A stretch of 64,000 nucleotides of DNA, from assembly GCA_004297735.1 (NCBI GenBank), contig SCTI01000002.1, forward strand, positions 256,160 to 320,159. The letters are read 5' to 3'. Below the pieces are notes generated by a model. The model did no database searches. It had not been told where the DNA came from and saw nothing but the letters and a program-made list of their open reading frames with translations. Within the stretch, counting starts at the first letter, position 1; each line of letters begins with the position of its first letter. Below are positions 25,328 through 33,981 of the stretch, piece by piece. Source of the DNA: Patescibacteria group bacterium. GTDB lineage: Bacteria > Patescibacteriota > Saccharimonadia > UBA4664 > SCTI01. The position numbers and the translations under genes are program-made.

Positions 25328-27868
25328 ATGAGGATGGAAAAAGCCTACGAGCCCGGTAAACACGAGGCCCGCATTTATAAGATGTGGGAAGATTCTGGCG
25401 CCTTTAAGCCAGCTGGGGATTCCAACAAAGAGCCGTTCTCGATCATCATGCCACCACCCAACGCCAACGGCAGCTTACATACTGGTCACGCCATGTTTAC
25501 GGTTGAGGACATCATGGTTCGCTACCATCGGATGCAGGGCAACCCCACTCTATGGCTTCCGGGGACCGATCACGCCGGCATCGAGACCCAGGTGGTGTTT
25601 GAGCGCGAGCTAGAAAAAGAGGGCAAGGACCGCTTTGATCTGGGACCAGAAGAGTTTTACAAGCAAGTTATGGCTTACACCAAGGATAACCAGGGCACTA
25701 TCATTGGTCAGCTCAAGAGCCTGGGCTTTAGCGCCGACTGGAGTCGCCTCAAGTTCACCCTGGACGACGACATTGTTGATACGGTTTACGACACCTTTAA
25801 ACGCTTACACGATGATGGGCTGGTATACCGTGCCAACCGAATTGTAAACTGGTGCCCTCGCTGCAACGCCGCCTTTGCTGATATTGAGATCAATCATCGC
25901 GAGCAGGCTGATCCCCTCTACTACCTGAAGTACGGGCCTTTTGTGCTGGCTACGGTTCGACCAGAAACCAAGTTTGGTGATACCGCTGTCGCGGTTCACC
26001 CAGATGATGAGCGCTACCAGAAGTACATTGGTCAGGAGATAGAGGTTGAGGGACTGCTTGGTGCCTTTAAGCTTAAGGTAATTGCTGATGAGCATGTGAA
26101 TCCTGAGTTTGGTACCGGAGTGGTTAAGGTTACCCCTGCTCATGATCCTAACGATTGGGAGATTGGCCAACGTCATAACCTAGAGGTCAAGCAAGCTATT
26201 GGCACCGATGGTCGCCTAACCGAGCTAGCTGGGAAGTACGCCGGAATGAAGGCTTCTGAGGCTCGTGAGGAGATTGCTCGAGATCTAGAAGTGATGGGCC
26301 TAATGGATCACATCGATATGAACTACACCCATAGTGTCGCCTATCATGGCCGCTGTGGAACCCAGATAGAGCCGCTGGTAACCGAGCAGTGGTGGCTTAA
26401 GGTAAAACCTTTGGTTGAACCAGCTATTAAGGCGGTTGAATCAGGTGAAATCCAGATAGTCCCCTCTCGCTTTAAAAAGGTTTATATCGATTGGCTTAAC
26501 AACCTTAAGGACTGGAATATTAGCCGCCAGATCTGGTGGGGCATCCAGATTCCGGTGTATTACAACGCCGACGAAAGCAATGGCAAGGATAAGTACCGAG
26601 TGTTTTCACGTGAAAACGATGCTATTGAATACTACGGCAAAGACGGTTACGAAGCAGATGTCGACACCTTTGATACCTGGTTTTCTAGTAGCCAATGGCC
26701 ATTTGCCACGCTGATGGCAACCGGTGACTTTGACCGGTTCTACCCTACTTCGGTTATGGAGACCGGTCGGGACATCCTCTTTCAGTGGGTTACTCGTATG
26801 GTTATGCTCGGGATATATCGCACCGGCAAGGTGCCATTTAAAACCATATATCTACACGGCTTGGTAAATGACGCTAAAGGGAAAAAGATGAGCAAGTCCA
26901 AGGGCAATGTAATCAACCCCTTGGAACTAACCGGGAAGTACGGTACCGACGCCCTGCGCTTAGCCCTTTCTATTGGTATTACTCCTGGGAATGACGGTTC
27001 TTTAGGTGAAAAAAAGGTTGAAGGTTATCGCAACTTTGCTAACAAGCTCTGGAATGTGGCTCGGTTTATCTTGGATAAAGCCGGGGACGACTACTCCTCT
27101 ACCCCACCTAAAGCTGAGACGTTGGCAGACACCTGGATTATGGATACGTTTTCACGTGAAAACGCGGCTATCACCAAGGCAATTGAAGGTTATAGGTTTA
27201 GCGAAGCTGGCGAAGGGGTCTACTCCCTACTCTGGAACGACCTGGCCGACTGGTATCTAGAGGCCTCCAAAGATCAAGCTAATACTCCCCTATTGGTTTG
27301 GTGCTTAGAGAACATTCTGAAGCTAGCCCACCCCTTTGCTCCGTTTGTGACCGAAGCAATTTGGCAAGAAATGCCTTGGCAAAAGCAAAATCTAATTGTT
27401 AGTCGATGGCCAGAATTAAAAGAAACCAGTAAAGAAGCGGCGCAATTTACCGGTATTATGGCTTTGGTAAGCCAGATTCGTAGCTTAAAGACTGAGTTAA
27501 AGATGGCCAAGCCAACCGTTCTTTACCTGAAATCTGATGCACTAACCGAGAACTCTAACCTAATTAAACGCTTAGCCGGAGTAGGGGAGTTAAAGGTAGC
27601 CGAAAGGGGAAGTGGGCTGCGTATACCGGTAACCGAGTTTGATGCTTGGCTCCAGGTGGATAATGAAACTTTGAACTCATACCGGGCCTCCTTGGAAAGC
27701 CGCCGCAAGGAAGCAGGGGAGTACCTTAAGCGGCTTGAGGGCCAGCTCAAGAATGAAAGTTATCTTAAAAATGCTCCAGCTAACCTGGTAGAAGAAACCA
27801 AGGATCGCGCCAAAGAGACCAAGCTGCTACTATCAAAGTTAGATGAACAGTTGGCTGCAATCGAGTAA
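25328..27868 (+). CDS. valS: valine--tRNA ligase
   Basis: The HIGH region is PPPNANGSLHTGHAM, the KMSKS motif is present, and there is a C-terminal coiled coil. The product is 846 aa. Confidence 0.93.
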   Translation: MRMEKAYEPGKHEARIYKMWEDSGAFKPAGDSNKEPFSIIMPPPNANGSLHTGHAMFTVEDIMVRYHRMQGNPTLWLPGTDHAGIETQVVFERELEKEGKDRFDLGPEEFYKQVMAYTKDNQGTIIGQLKSLGFSADWSRLKFTLDDDIVDTVYDTFKRLHDDGLVYRANRIVNWCPRCNAAFADIEINHREQADPLYYLKYGPFVLATVRPETKFGDTAVAVHPDDERYQKYIGQEIEVEGLLGAFKLKVIADEHVNPEFGTGVVKVTPAHDPNDWEIGQRHNLEVKQAIGTDGRLTELAGKYAGMKASEAREEIARDLEVMGLMDHIDMNYTHSVAYHGRCGTQIEPLVTEQWWLKVKPLVEPAIKAVESGEIQIVPSRFKKVYIDWLNNLKDWNISRQIWWGIQIPVYYNADESNGKDKYRVFSRENDAIEYYGKDGYEADVDTFDTWFSSSQWPFATLMATGDFDRFYPTSVMETGRDILFQWVTRMVMLGIYRTGKVPFKTIYLHGLVNDAKGKKMSKSKGNVINPLELTGKYGTDALRLALSIGITPGNDGSLGEKKVEGYRNFANKLWNVARFILDKAGDDYSSTPPKAETLADTWIMDTFSRENAAITKAIEGYRFSEAGEGVYSLLWNDLADWYLEASKDQANTPLLVWCLENILKLAHPFAPFVTEAIWQEMPWQKQNLIVSRWPELKETSKEAAQFTGIMALVSQIRSLKTELKMAKPTVLYLKSDALTENSNLIKRLAGVGELKVAERGSGLRIPVTEFDAWLQVDNETLNSYRASLESRRKEAGEYLKRLEGQLKNESYLKNAPANLVEETKDRAKETKLLLSKLDEQLAAIE

Positions 27869-28562
27869 TAAGAGTTTTTGGGCAGTAGCGATAAGCACTC
27901 TGGTGGTGGCTGCCTGCACCATGGTAGCTGGGGCAAGTCTTGGCCAGCACTATATTCATAATCGCGCTCACGATTTAGCCGTACTAAGCCAGCAACAACA
28001 GATTGAGCCAGAAGTAGGTTACCAGGCGGCACTACTGCTCAATCCCAATGAGTCAACCGCTTTAAGCGGCCTTGGGGAGTACTACATTAGCCGTTGGCAG
28101 CCCGCCAAGGCGCTTGAGAGGCTGCCAGAAGCTTCGAACACCGCTGAGCTGCGACTTACTCGAGCCAAAGCGCTTATGGAGCTAGGAAGGGCCGAGAATG
28201 CGGCAGAGGCAACTCAAATTAGCGCCGAGGAGCAACAAGCGATTAAGAGTGGGGGAGTGGCTGCGGCTGAAGTGTTGCTGCAAAAGGGAATGCCTCAATC
28301 GGCTTTACGGGTATTGCAGTCAGATAGCACCGACTCAGCCCGACGCTATATGGTAGAGGCTTCAATTTGGATCAATAAGCCTGGGGCTACCAAGGAGGAG
28401 CAGGAGCGCGCTATCTCGGTACTTAATGACGGCATTAAACGCCACCCGGTTAACCTGGCGCTGCAGAAACAGCTCTACCAGACTTATCTTGATTTGGGCC
28501 AGGAAGACGAGGCTAACCGTCAGCTGGAGCTGGTGCAAAAATTAGAAGCGGGCAAGTTTTAA
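27843..28562 (+). CDS. membrane-anchored TPR-like repeat protein
   Basis: An N-terminal TM/signal segment (FWAVAISTLVVAACTMVAG) is followed by helical repeats. It overlaps the valS 3' end by 26 nt. Confidence 0.5.
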   Translation: MNSWLQSSNKSFWAVAISTLVVAACTMVAGASLGQHYIHNRAHDLAVLSQQQQIEPEVGYQAALLLNPNESTALSGLGEYYISRWQPAKALERLPEASNTAELRLTRAKALMELGRAENAAEATQISAEEQQAIKSGGVAAAEVLLQKGMPQSALRVLQSDSTDSARRYMVEASIWINKPGATKEEQERAISVLNDGIKRHPVNLALQKQLYQTYLDLGQEDEANRQLELVQKLEAGKF

Positions 28563-28569
28563 TAATTCC

Positions 28570-28662
28570 TGGCGGAGAGGGAGGGATTCGAACCCTCGCG
28601 GGAGATTGCTCCCCCCTACCGGTTTAGCAAACCAGCCCCTTCAGCCACTTGGGTACCTCTCC
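28570..28662 (-). tRNA. tRNA-Ser (anticodon GCU)
   Basis: The minus-strand sequence is GGAGAGGTACCCAAGTGGCTGAAGGGGCTGGTTTGCTAAACCGG...GGGTTCGAATCCCTCCCTCTCCGCCA, with a long variable arm. Confidence 0.85.
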
Positions 28663-28702
28663 GTGTTGGTGGCTACAACCGATGATTATACGCAAAAAAG
28701 TC

Positions 28703-29617
28703 CTATCTGGGAACAGTGTTGTCTTGGTATTCGGGCGTTTGGTAACGGTCAGGATAGTAAAGATCCATAATCTGATAAGCAAATTTTGGGTTGGCGCCCC
28801 TTTTGATAAAGTTTTTCTTAATGTCATCTTCAATTTCTTTTGGAGTTGGAGGCTCCTCGCCTTCTCGATAAGGACGATAATTATCCATGGCATCAAACTT
28901 ATCACCAGCTTCAAGAAACTGCTGCAAAATTCTAATCTTTTTGCGATCCTCTTTACTGTGGATACCTAAATCAACCATTACCGATTCAGCGTCACTTGAG
29001 GACAAGGTGGGGTATTCTTGAAGCTGGTGATGTAGAGCTACCAGAGCTAAGATTCGGGGATCATCTACTGGGTGCTCCCGCTGTAAACGCCTTACACTTA
29101 GCAGGGGATGGGAGTGGAGCTTAACTTTTTTACGCTCATCAGATTTAAACCGTCGCTTTACCTGGTGAGCCAAAACCATTTCGTCAGTTAGATTGCCTTT
29201 TTTGTCATTTTGTTGAAGTTTTGGCAGATCGAGCTTGCCGATATCGTGCAGGAAGCCTGCTTGAGCAAGAATCTTAATGTCCTCAGCTGTTATTCCCTCT
29301 AGGTGACGGTTGATCCAGGCTAATGCTACAGCATTCTGGGTTACTCCCATGGTATGCTCATGGGTTTCTGGGTCTAGCTTTTTTAGGTCTGCTAAGTGAA
29401 AACGAGTTTCTGGACGATGAAGGGCGTGCTCATATAGAGTGTACGGCTCCCGCGGAAGAACCATGTGTCTTTCGTCCCCCTCGCCTTCAACTCTTGGAGA
29501 ACTTCCGCCAAGCTGCTGCTCAAGCTGGCGGAGGGAATCAGATTTATCACGCTCTTCTAATGGAGAATGGAACTTGGATTCTTCTGATTCTTCGGGGTGA
29601 ATAAGTAATTCTGGCAT
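28703..29617 (-). CDS. HD-domain metal-dependent phosphohydrolase
   Basis: The HD motif is LAQAGFLHDIGKLD. The start is set at the internal ATG (MPELLIHPEE) because the ORF-track start (29746) runs into tRNA-Ser(CGA). Confidence 0.75.
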   Translation of the reverse strand: MPELLIHPEESEESKFHSPLEERDKSDSLRQLEQQLGGSSPRVEGEGDERHMVLPREPYTLYEHALHRPETRFHLADLKKLDPETHEHTMGVTQNAVALAWINRHLEGITAEDIKILAQAGFLHDIGKLDLPKLQQNDKKGNLTDEMVLAHQVKRRFKSDERKKVKLHSHPLLSVRRLQREHPVDDPRILALVALHHQLQEYPTLSSSDAESVMVDLGIHSKEDRKKIRILQQFLEAGDKFDAMDNYRPYREGEEPPTPKEIEDDIKKNFIKRGANPKFAYQIMDLYYPDRYQTPEYQDNTVPR

Positions 29618-29662
29618 AGCGGTTGTGCTTTCTATGCTCAGTATACCGCATCTAATAAGTCC

Positions 29663-29752
29663 TGGCGGAGAGGGTGGGATTCGAACCCACGATACCCTTT
29701 CGGGCATACCGCTTTTCGAGAGCGGCGCCTTCAACCACTCGGCCACCTCTCC
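29663..29752 (-). tRNA. tRNA-Ser (anticodon CGA)
   Basis: The minus-strand sequence is GGAGAGGTGGCCGAGTGGTTGAAGGCGCCGCTCTCGAAAAGCGG...GGGTTCGAATCCCACCCTCTCCGCCA. Confidence 0.85.
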
Positions 29753-29769
29753 AGGTGGGGCTGGGGCAA

Positions 29770-29795
29770 GGTCCGACCCGGCAAAAGGTCCGACC
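29770..29795. repeat. two copies of GGTCCGACC palindromic motif, 17 bp apart, between tRNA genes
   Basis: The sequence is AAGGTCCGACCCGGCAAAAGGTCCGACCTCTTT. Confidence 0.6.
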
Positions 29796-29808
29796 TCTTT
29801 ATAATTCC

Positions 29809-29885
29809 TGGCGCGCTCGGCAGGATTCGAACCTGCGACCTCCAGTACCGCAAACTGACGCTCTATCCAGCTGAGCTACGAGCGC
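29809..29885 (-). tRNA. tRNA-Arg (anticodon read as GCG; should be confirmed)
   Basis: The minus-strand sequence is GCGCTCGTAGCTCAGCTGGATAGAGCGTCAGTTTGCGGTACTGGAGGTCGCAGGTTCGAATCCTGCCGAGCGCGCCA. The D-arm is Arg-type. The anticodon loop reads TTGCGGT. Confidence 0.8.
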
Positions 29886-29940
29886 ACGTACCAAGGAATT
29901 AACTGCTAAAGATTAGCACAAATCAGGTGTGGTGAAAAGC

Positions 29941-30603
29941 CTAAAACCGGAGGTAGCGAGTTAGGCTTTCAATCCAATCGGGATCGCGATCGACTCGCGG
30001 CAAATGCTGGCTCAGAATTTGATCGATTGTTTGAATGTCATCATTTTCGCAAATAAGGGTCAGGCGGGGAACAAAGCGCTTGATTGGCTCGAGGTCAACG
30101 CTGTACCAGCCGGTGTCCTGCATCACGCTATAGGAGTGAAAGGAGGAGTAGGCGGTGATGTTGCCATGGATATTGACCCCGCTTGCATCTAGCTGGTAGC
30201 TGAGGGTTCGTGGCTGCTTACGGGAGTAGATCATAACTGCGAGCGCCATAACCACCACCACAGCAATACTCAGCCACTGCTGAAAAAAGCCCAGTACTGC
30301 AGCAATTATGGCTGTGGCAAGCCATAAACCCAAATACCAAAAGGCCGGCTTTTGGTGGTAAATATACTCGGAGGCCTCCCAGGTATAGCTTTGGGGGAGG
30401 TTAGGGTCAACGACCGGAGCGGCTGGAGGAGGAGGGGTGGCTGCTGGTTTATCGCCCTCGGGTTGAGGCTGTGCTTCCGGTTGGGGAGCTGGAGCCGATG
30501 GGGGAGTTGGCGGCTGCGGAACGGGTGGTACAGCTGGAGTCGGTGGGGTCGGGAGGGGTGGCACCGGAGTAGGGTTATTTGGTTGTCCGGTTTGTGGATC
30601 CAC
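29941..30603 (-). CDS. hypothetical membrane protein with Pro-rich N-terminus
   Basis: The N-terminal 70 aa are a PxP/PPxP low-complexity tract. Two TM helices follow, then a C-terminal globular domain. Confidence 0.5.
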   Translation of the reverse strand: MDPQTGQPNNPTPVPPLPTPPTPAVPPVPQPPTPPSAPAPQPEAQPQPEGDKPAATPPPPAAPVVDPNLPQSYTWEASEYIYHQKPAFWYLGLWLATAIIAAVLGFFQQWLSIAVVVVMALAVMIYSRKQPRTLSYQLDASGVNIHGNITAYSSFHSYSVMQDTGWYSVDLEPIKRFVPRLTLICENDDIQTIDQILSQHLPRVDRDPDWIESLTRYLRF

Positions 30604-30668
30604 GCTCGCCTCATTTAGGTTATCTTTATTATAACTGTTGGCGGTGAGCTGGCAATGAGCTAAAATGA

Positions 30669-30710
30669 GGTCCGACCCGGCAAAAGGTCAGACCTTCAGC
30701 TAGGTCAGAC
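30669..30710. repeat. three tandem copies of GGTC(C/A)GACC palindromic motif, 16-17 bp period, upstream of tRNA-Ser(UGA)
   Basis: The sequence is GAGGTCCGACCCGGCAAAAGGTCAGACCTTCAGCTAGGTCAGACCTCT. Confidence 0.6.
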
Positions 30711-30718
30711 CTCTACGC

Positions 30719-30808
30719 GGAGGGGTGGCCGAGTGGTTGAAGGCACTGGTCTTGAAAACCAGCAGGCCCGAAAGGGTCTCGTGGGTTCGAATCCCACCTC
30801 CTCCGCCA
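30719..30808 (+). tRNA. tRNA-Ser (anticodon UGA)
   Basis: The sequence is GGAGGGGTGGCCGAGTGGTTGAAGGCACTGGTCTTGAAAACCAG...GTGGGTTCGAATCCCACCTCCTCCGCCA. Confidence 0.85.
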
Positions 30809-30892
30809 TTGCAATTATTAGAATATAAGCTCAATAACAAAAGAAGCCTTGCGGAAGGAGCATACTGCTCCGTGCAGGATTCGTATCTCTTG

Positions 30893-30921
30893 TTGACGCT
30901 ATGACGTCATAGCGCTATAAT
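30893..30921 (+). promoter_or_regulatory. sigma-70-like promoter with embedded 18-bp perfect palindrome (putative antitoxin operator)
   Basis: TTGACG (30893-30898), a 17-nt spacer and TATAAT (30916-30921) lie 6 nt before the antitoxin ATG. The palindrome CGCTATGACGTCATAGCG (30897-30914) fills the spacer. Confidence 0.6.
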
Positions 30922-30927
30922 GGCTAT

Positions 30928-31167
30928 ATGAGTAATCTAACCAATAAAACCACTATTTATCTTGATGCTTCTGTGAAGAAATTTATGCAGCATAAAGCTG
31001 TAGCTGAGGGGCGCTCGGTGTCTGAAATTGTTAATGAACAGTTTGCCGACATGATGGAGGACTTACACGACATTAAGGTTGTCCATGAGCGGCGCAATGA
31101 GCCGACATACCCATTTGAAAAGGTTATGCAGGAGCTCGGTATAACCTATGACCAGTTACGAGATTGA
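30928..31167 (+). CDS. type II antitoxin (RHH/DinJ-like) of RelE/ParE pair
   Basis: The 79-aa product has an N-terminal beta-strand plus helices (TIYLDASVKKFMQHKAVAEGRSVSEIV) and an acidic C-terminus. It overlaps the toxin gene by 20 nt. Confidence 0.75.
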   Translation: MSNLTNKTTIYLDASVKKFMQHKAVAEGRSVSEIVNEQFADMMEDLHDIKVVHERRNEPTYPFEKVMQELGITYDQLRD

Positions 31168-31411
31168 GTTCACCAAAAGCGCTCAAAAGGAGTTATCTAA
31201 GCTACCTTCAAAAACCCGTCTCCGAATAGCAAAGGCCATTTATCAACTGCGAGAGAATCCTCGAACCGGCAACACTCGCTCCATGGTGGGCATACCAAGT
31301 TGGCGACTCCGAGTTGGTGATTACCGTGTGGTATATGACATTACCGATCAAAAACTTACTATTTTGGTGGTGAGGGTACGTCATCGTCGCGATATTTATA
31401 AGCAGCTTTAG
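31148..31411 (+). CDS. type II toxin, RelE/ParE family
   Basis: The 87-aa product reads ...LSKLPSKTRLRIAKAIYQLRENPRTGNTRSMVGIPSWRLRVGDYRVVYDITDQKLTILVVRVRHRRDIY, the classic RelE/ParE fold signature. Confidence 0.85.
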   Translation: MTSYEIEFTKSAQKELSKLPSKTRLRIAKAIYQLRENPRTGNTRSMVGIPSWRLRVGDYRVVYDITDQKLTILVVRVRHRRDIYKQL

Positions 31412-32021
31412 TCGAGTAATTATCTGCCAGTACGGCCGCCCAGACCTGGGTGGCCCCAGCTTGGCGTAGCAACTCGGCCCCAGTCGCCAGTGTCGCACCA
31501 GTTGAGATAACATCGTCTACCAGAAGGACCCGTTGACCAGCGAGGTTAGCCGTCGTGCCATAGTTAGCCCGGGCCTGCTCCATTCGCTTAACCCGCGAAT
31601 GCCCCAACTGCCTTTCTTGTGACCTGCGAAACAACAGCTGGCGATAGGGGAGCCGAAGCTCATGTGCAACGTGAAGCCCAAGCAGCTTACCGTGATCAAA
31701 ACCCCGCTGCCGCACACGTTTGGTAGCGGTTGGTGTTGTGGTAACTACATCAAAGTCGCGATGGGGGAGAGCGGCAATAATTAGCCCCGCAATAACTTTT
31801 GCGGCCTCTCTTTGGCGCTCAAATTTGAGCCGATGAACAAGCTGCTTACCCAAACCGTCATAGCTAAAAACGGCCGACAAGCCGGTGAGCGGAAATTGTG
31901 TTCGCCTAGCAACGTTCGCTCGCTGCGCAGTCGCAATGCAGTTTTGACAGACCACAATACCCGGCTTTTTACAGCCAACACAGGCAGGCGGAGCTAAGAG
32001 CCGGGCTAAGGGTTGGAGCAT
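31359..32021 (-). CDS. comFC: ComF family protein (ComFC phosphoribosyltransferase-like competence protein)
   Basis: An N-terminal Cys4 site (CVGCKKPGIVVCQNC) is followed by the PRTase motif VLLVDDVISTGATL. The 3' end overlaps the relE 3' end convergently. Confidence 0.85.
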   Translation of the reverse strand: MLQPLARLLAPPACVGCKKPGIVVCQNCIATAQRANVARRTQFPLTGLSAVFSYDGLGKQLVHRLKFERQREAAKVIAGLIIAALPHRDFDVVTTTPTATKRVRQRGFDHGKLLGLHVAHELRLPYRQLLFRRSQERQLGHSRVKRMEQARANYGTTANLAGQRVLLVDDVISTGATLATGAELLRQAGATQVWAAVLADNYSTKAAYKYRDDDVPSPPK

Positions 32022-32171
32022 ATTACAAGTTTAGATAACTTAAATTAAATATTGATGAACGCGCCAGCGGTTGCGTAAAAATAAGGAATATGGCTATAAT
32101 GAGCCAAAGGCAGTGGGGAACGCAGAGGGTGAGAGCCGTATCCAGCTGTTCGCTAATCTAAGGAGAGGACC

Positions 32172-32609
32172 GTGGCAAAAAAGAATCCGACCAACGATGA
32201 AAGCGTTTTGCAGGACGAGTTCCTACAGGACGAAGAGGTTAACACCAACTGGCTCAACGATGATGAGGGTGCTGGCATTGAAGGTCAGCTAGCCGTTGAC
32301 GTTTACCAGACCAAAGAGAGTGTGGTTATTAAGGCCCCGATTGCCGGCGTTGATTTCCGCAACCTCGATGTTGCCATCGCCGAAGACGTTGTAACCATTC
32401 GGGGTGAACGAGTCGAAGAAGAATCAATCAGCCGTGAAGACTACTACGTGGCTGAATGTTACTGGGGAGCCTTTAGTCGCTCAATCATTATGCCGGTAAG
32501 CGTTAATGCCGATAAGGCGGAAGCCAGCTTAAAGAACGGCGTACTGGTTATTACCATCCCTAAGGTGGTGCAGGATAAGGTTAAGAAGATCAAGGTTGTT
32601 GCTAGCTAA
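32172..32609 (+). CDS. Hsp20/alpha-crystallin small heat-shock protein
   Basis: The alpha-crystallin domain (LAVDVYQTKESVVIKAPIAGVDFRNLDVAIAEDVVTIRGER...EASLKNGVLVITIPK) is present. Confidence 0.9.
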   Translation: MAKKNPTNDESVLQDEFLQDEEVNTNWLNDDEGAGIEGQLAVDVYQTKESVVIKAPIAGVDFRNLDVAIAEDVVTIRGERVEEESISREDYYVAECYWGAFSRSIIMPVSVNADKAEASLKNGVLVITIPKVVQDKVKKIKVVAS

Positions 32610-32628
32610 GATTTATTAATCGACCATT

Positions 32629-32656
32629 AAAAAAGAGCCTTAACGGCTCTTTTTTA
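32629..32656. terminator. bidirectional rho-independent terminator between hsp20 and pilin array
   Basis: The sequence AAAAAGAGCC-TTAAC-GGCTCTTTTTT forms a hairpin with an A tract before and a T tract after. Confidence 0.7.
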
Positions 32657-32672
32657 ATTACTGAGCTTAAAC

Positions 32673-33104
32673 TTAGCTAGTTGGGCTAGCGGTTAATGAA
32701 CCGGTGACAAAACCGACCACGGCGTAGGCCAAAATAGCGACTACGATACCAACGATTGAGTAAATGATGGTGTTTTTAGCAGCGGTTACTTGGTCGGAGT
32801 TACCGGATGAAATCACGTACCGGAATCCACCGTAAATCAACATGATAACCGAAACAGCACCCACCAAGAAGATGAGGATGTTTGAGATTTGCGAGAAGAC
32901 GCCGTTGGCGCCAAACAAGCTGTCGGCACTACTGGTACCCTTGGAGCAGTCTACGCCCTGATTGATCGTGGAGTTGGCCGGATCAATGGTGGCGGGGCAG
33001 TCCGGGCCGGCGGCACCCATGGCGGTGGCTGGCAAAAAGGTGCTAGCAACCACACTGGCGCGCAGGGCGGTGTGTGCAATTGGATTTGATGTTAGTGATT
33101 TCAC
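32673..33104 (-). CDS. VirB2/TrbC-like pilin paralog 1 (signal peptide + variable Cys-loop + C-terminal hydrophobic hairpin)
   Basis: Signal peptide ...LPATAMG|AAGPD. The variable region has Cys pair DCPATIDPANSTINQGVDC. The conserved core is NILIFLVGAVSVIMLIYGGFRYVISSGNSDQVTAAKNTIIYSIVGIVVAILAYAVVGFV, two hydrophobic helices joined by a short polar loop. Confidence 0.6.
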   Translation of the reverse strand: MKSLTSNPIAHTALRASVVASTFLPATAMGAAGPDCPATIDPANSTINQGVDCSKGTSSADSLFGANGVFSQISNILIFLVGAVSVIMLIYGGFRYVISSGNSDQVTAAKNTIIYSIVGIVVAILAYAVVGFVTGSLTASPTS

Positions 33105-33182
33105 AAGTCTATTCCTGCTTAATGCTTATACTTAGTTTCTGAGGCGAGTATATACCATCTGGCCTTCAGGTTGCAAATCTGT

Positions 33183-33590
33183 CTAGCCCAGAGCGCCTAC
33201 AACAAAGTTGACGACCGCGTAGGCCAAGATTGCAACCACAATCCCGATGATGGCATAGAGGATGGTACTTTTAGCGTCCTCAACGTTCTTGGAGTTACCG
33301 GCGGATGTAACATACCGGAACCCACCGTAAATCAGGGCGATGACAGCCACGGCCCCAACCAAGAAGAGAACGGTGTTGGTAATGTCGCGGAATGATGTAG
33401 TAAGGTCGGCTGGAGTGGTACCCTTAAAGTCAGTGCCAGCACCCTCGCCAGGACGGGACGATTGCGCCCCTTGCTTAATTGGCGATACAGGCTCGTCAGC
33501 AAAAACAGCCGGTGTGTATGCTGTTAATATCGCAGCCGCCATTAAAAGTTGATGTTTTGCCTTACGAAACACAATTATCCTCCTAACCAA
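33183..33590 (-). CDS. VirB2/TrbC-like pilin paralog 2
   Basis: Signal peptide ...PAVFA|DEP. The core is VLFLVGAVAVIALIYGGFRYVTSAGNSKNVEDAKSTILYAIIGIVVAILAYAVVNFVVG. This paralog has no Cys pair. Confidence 0.6.
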   Translation of the reverse strand: MVRRIIVFRKAKHQLLMAAAILTAYTPAVFADEPVSPIKQGAQSSRPGEGAGTDFKGTTPADLTTSFRDITNTVLFLVGAVAVIALIYGGFRYVTSAGNSKNVEDAKSTILYAIIGIVVAILAYAVVNFVVGALG

Positions 33591-33981
33591 TTCTACTTAT
33601 GATGAAGTTTACTATAGCGTAAGCCAGAATTGCCACCACCAGACCGGTTATAGCATAAATGATGGTATGCTTGGCGGCCTCAATTTGGGCAGAATTACCG
33701 GTTGAGGCAACGTAGCGGAATCCACCGTAAATCAAGGCGATAACTGCGATAGCTCCAACCAAATAAAGCAGGACGTTGGAAGCTGTACGAAAGGTTTTCT
33801 TGAGTGAGTCATCGGAGGTACCTGGGCTACCACTGCAAGAATTACCTCCACCAATGTTCGCCCCATTACAAATCTCGCTTTCGGTAGTGGCATGAGCTGC
33901 AGGAGCAACAGTCACAGCGACTGGCGCAGAAAAAATAAGCGCCAAGAACACAATATGCAGAGAAGCAATAAATCGTCTCAT
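33583..33981 (-). CDS. VirB2/TrbC-like pilin paralog 3
   Basis: Signal peptide ...AAHA|TTES. Cys pair ICNGANIGGGNSC. The core is VLLYLVGAIAVIALIYGGFRYVASTGNSAQIEAAKHTIIYAITGLVVAILAYAIVNFI. It overlaps paralog 2 by 8 nt. Confidence 0.6.
   Translation of the reverse strand: MRRFIASLHIVFLALIFSAPVAVTVAPAAHATTESEICNGANIGGGNSCSGSPGTSDDSLKKTFRTASNVLLYLVGAIAVIALIYGGFRYVASTGNSAQIEAAKHTIIYAITGLVVAILAYAIVNFIISRIG

Noticed and set aside
28703-29746. Long start of the HD-domain ORF
   Set aside because: The first 43 codons overlap tRNA-Ser(CGA) at 29663-29752, so the internal ATG at 29617 was used.
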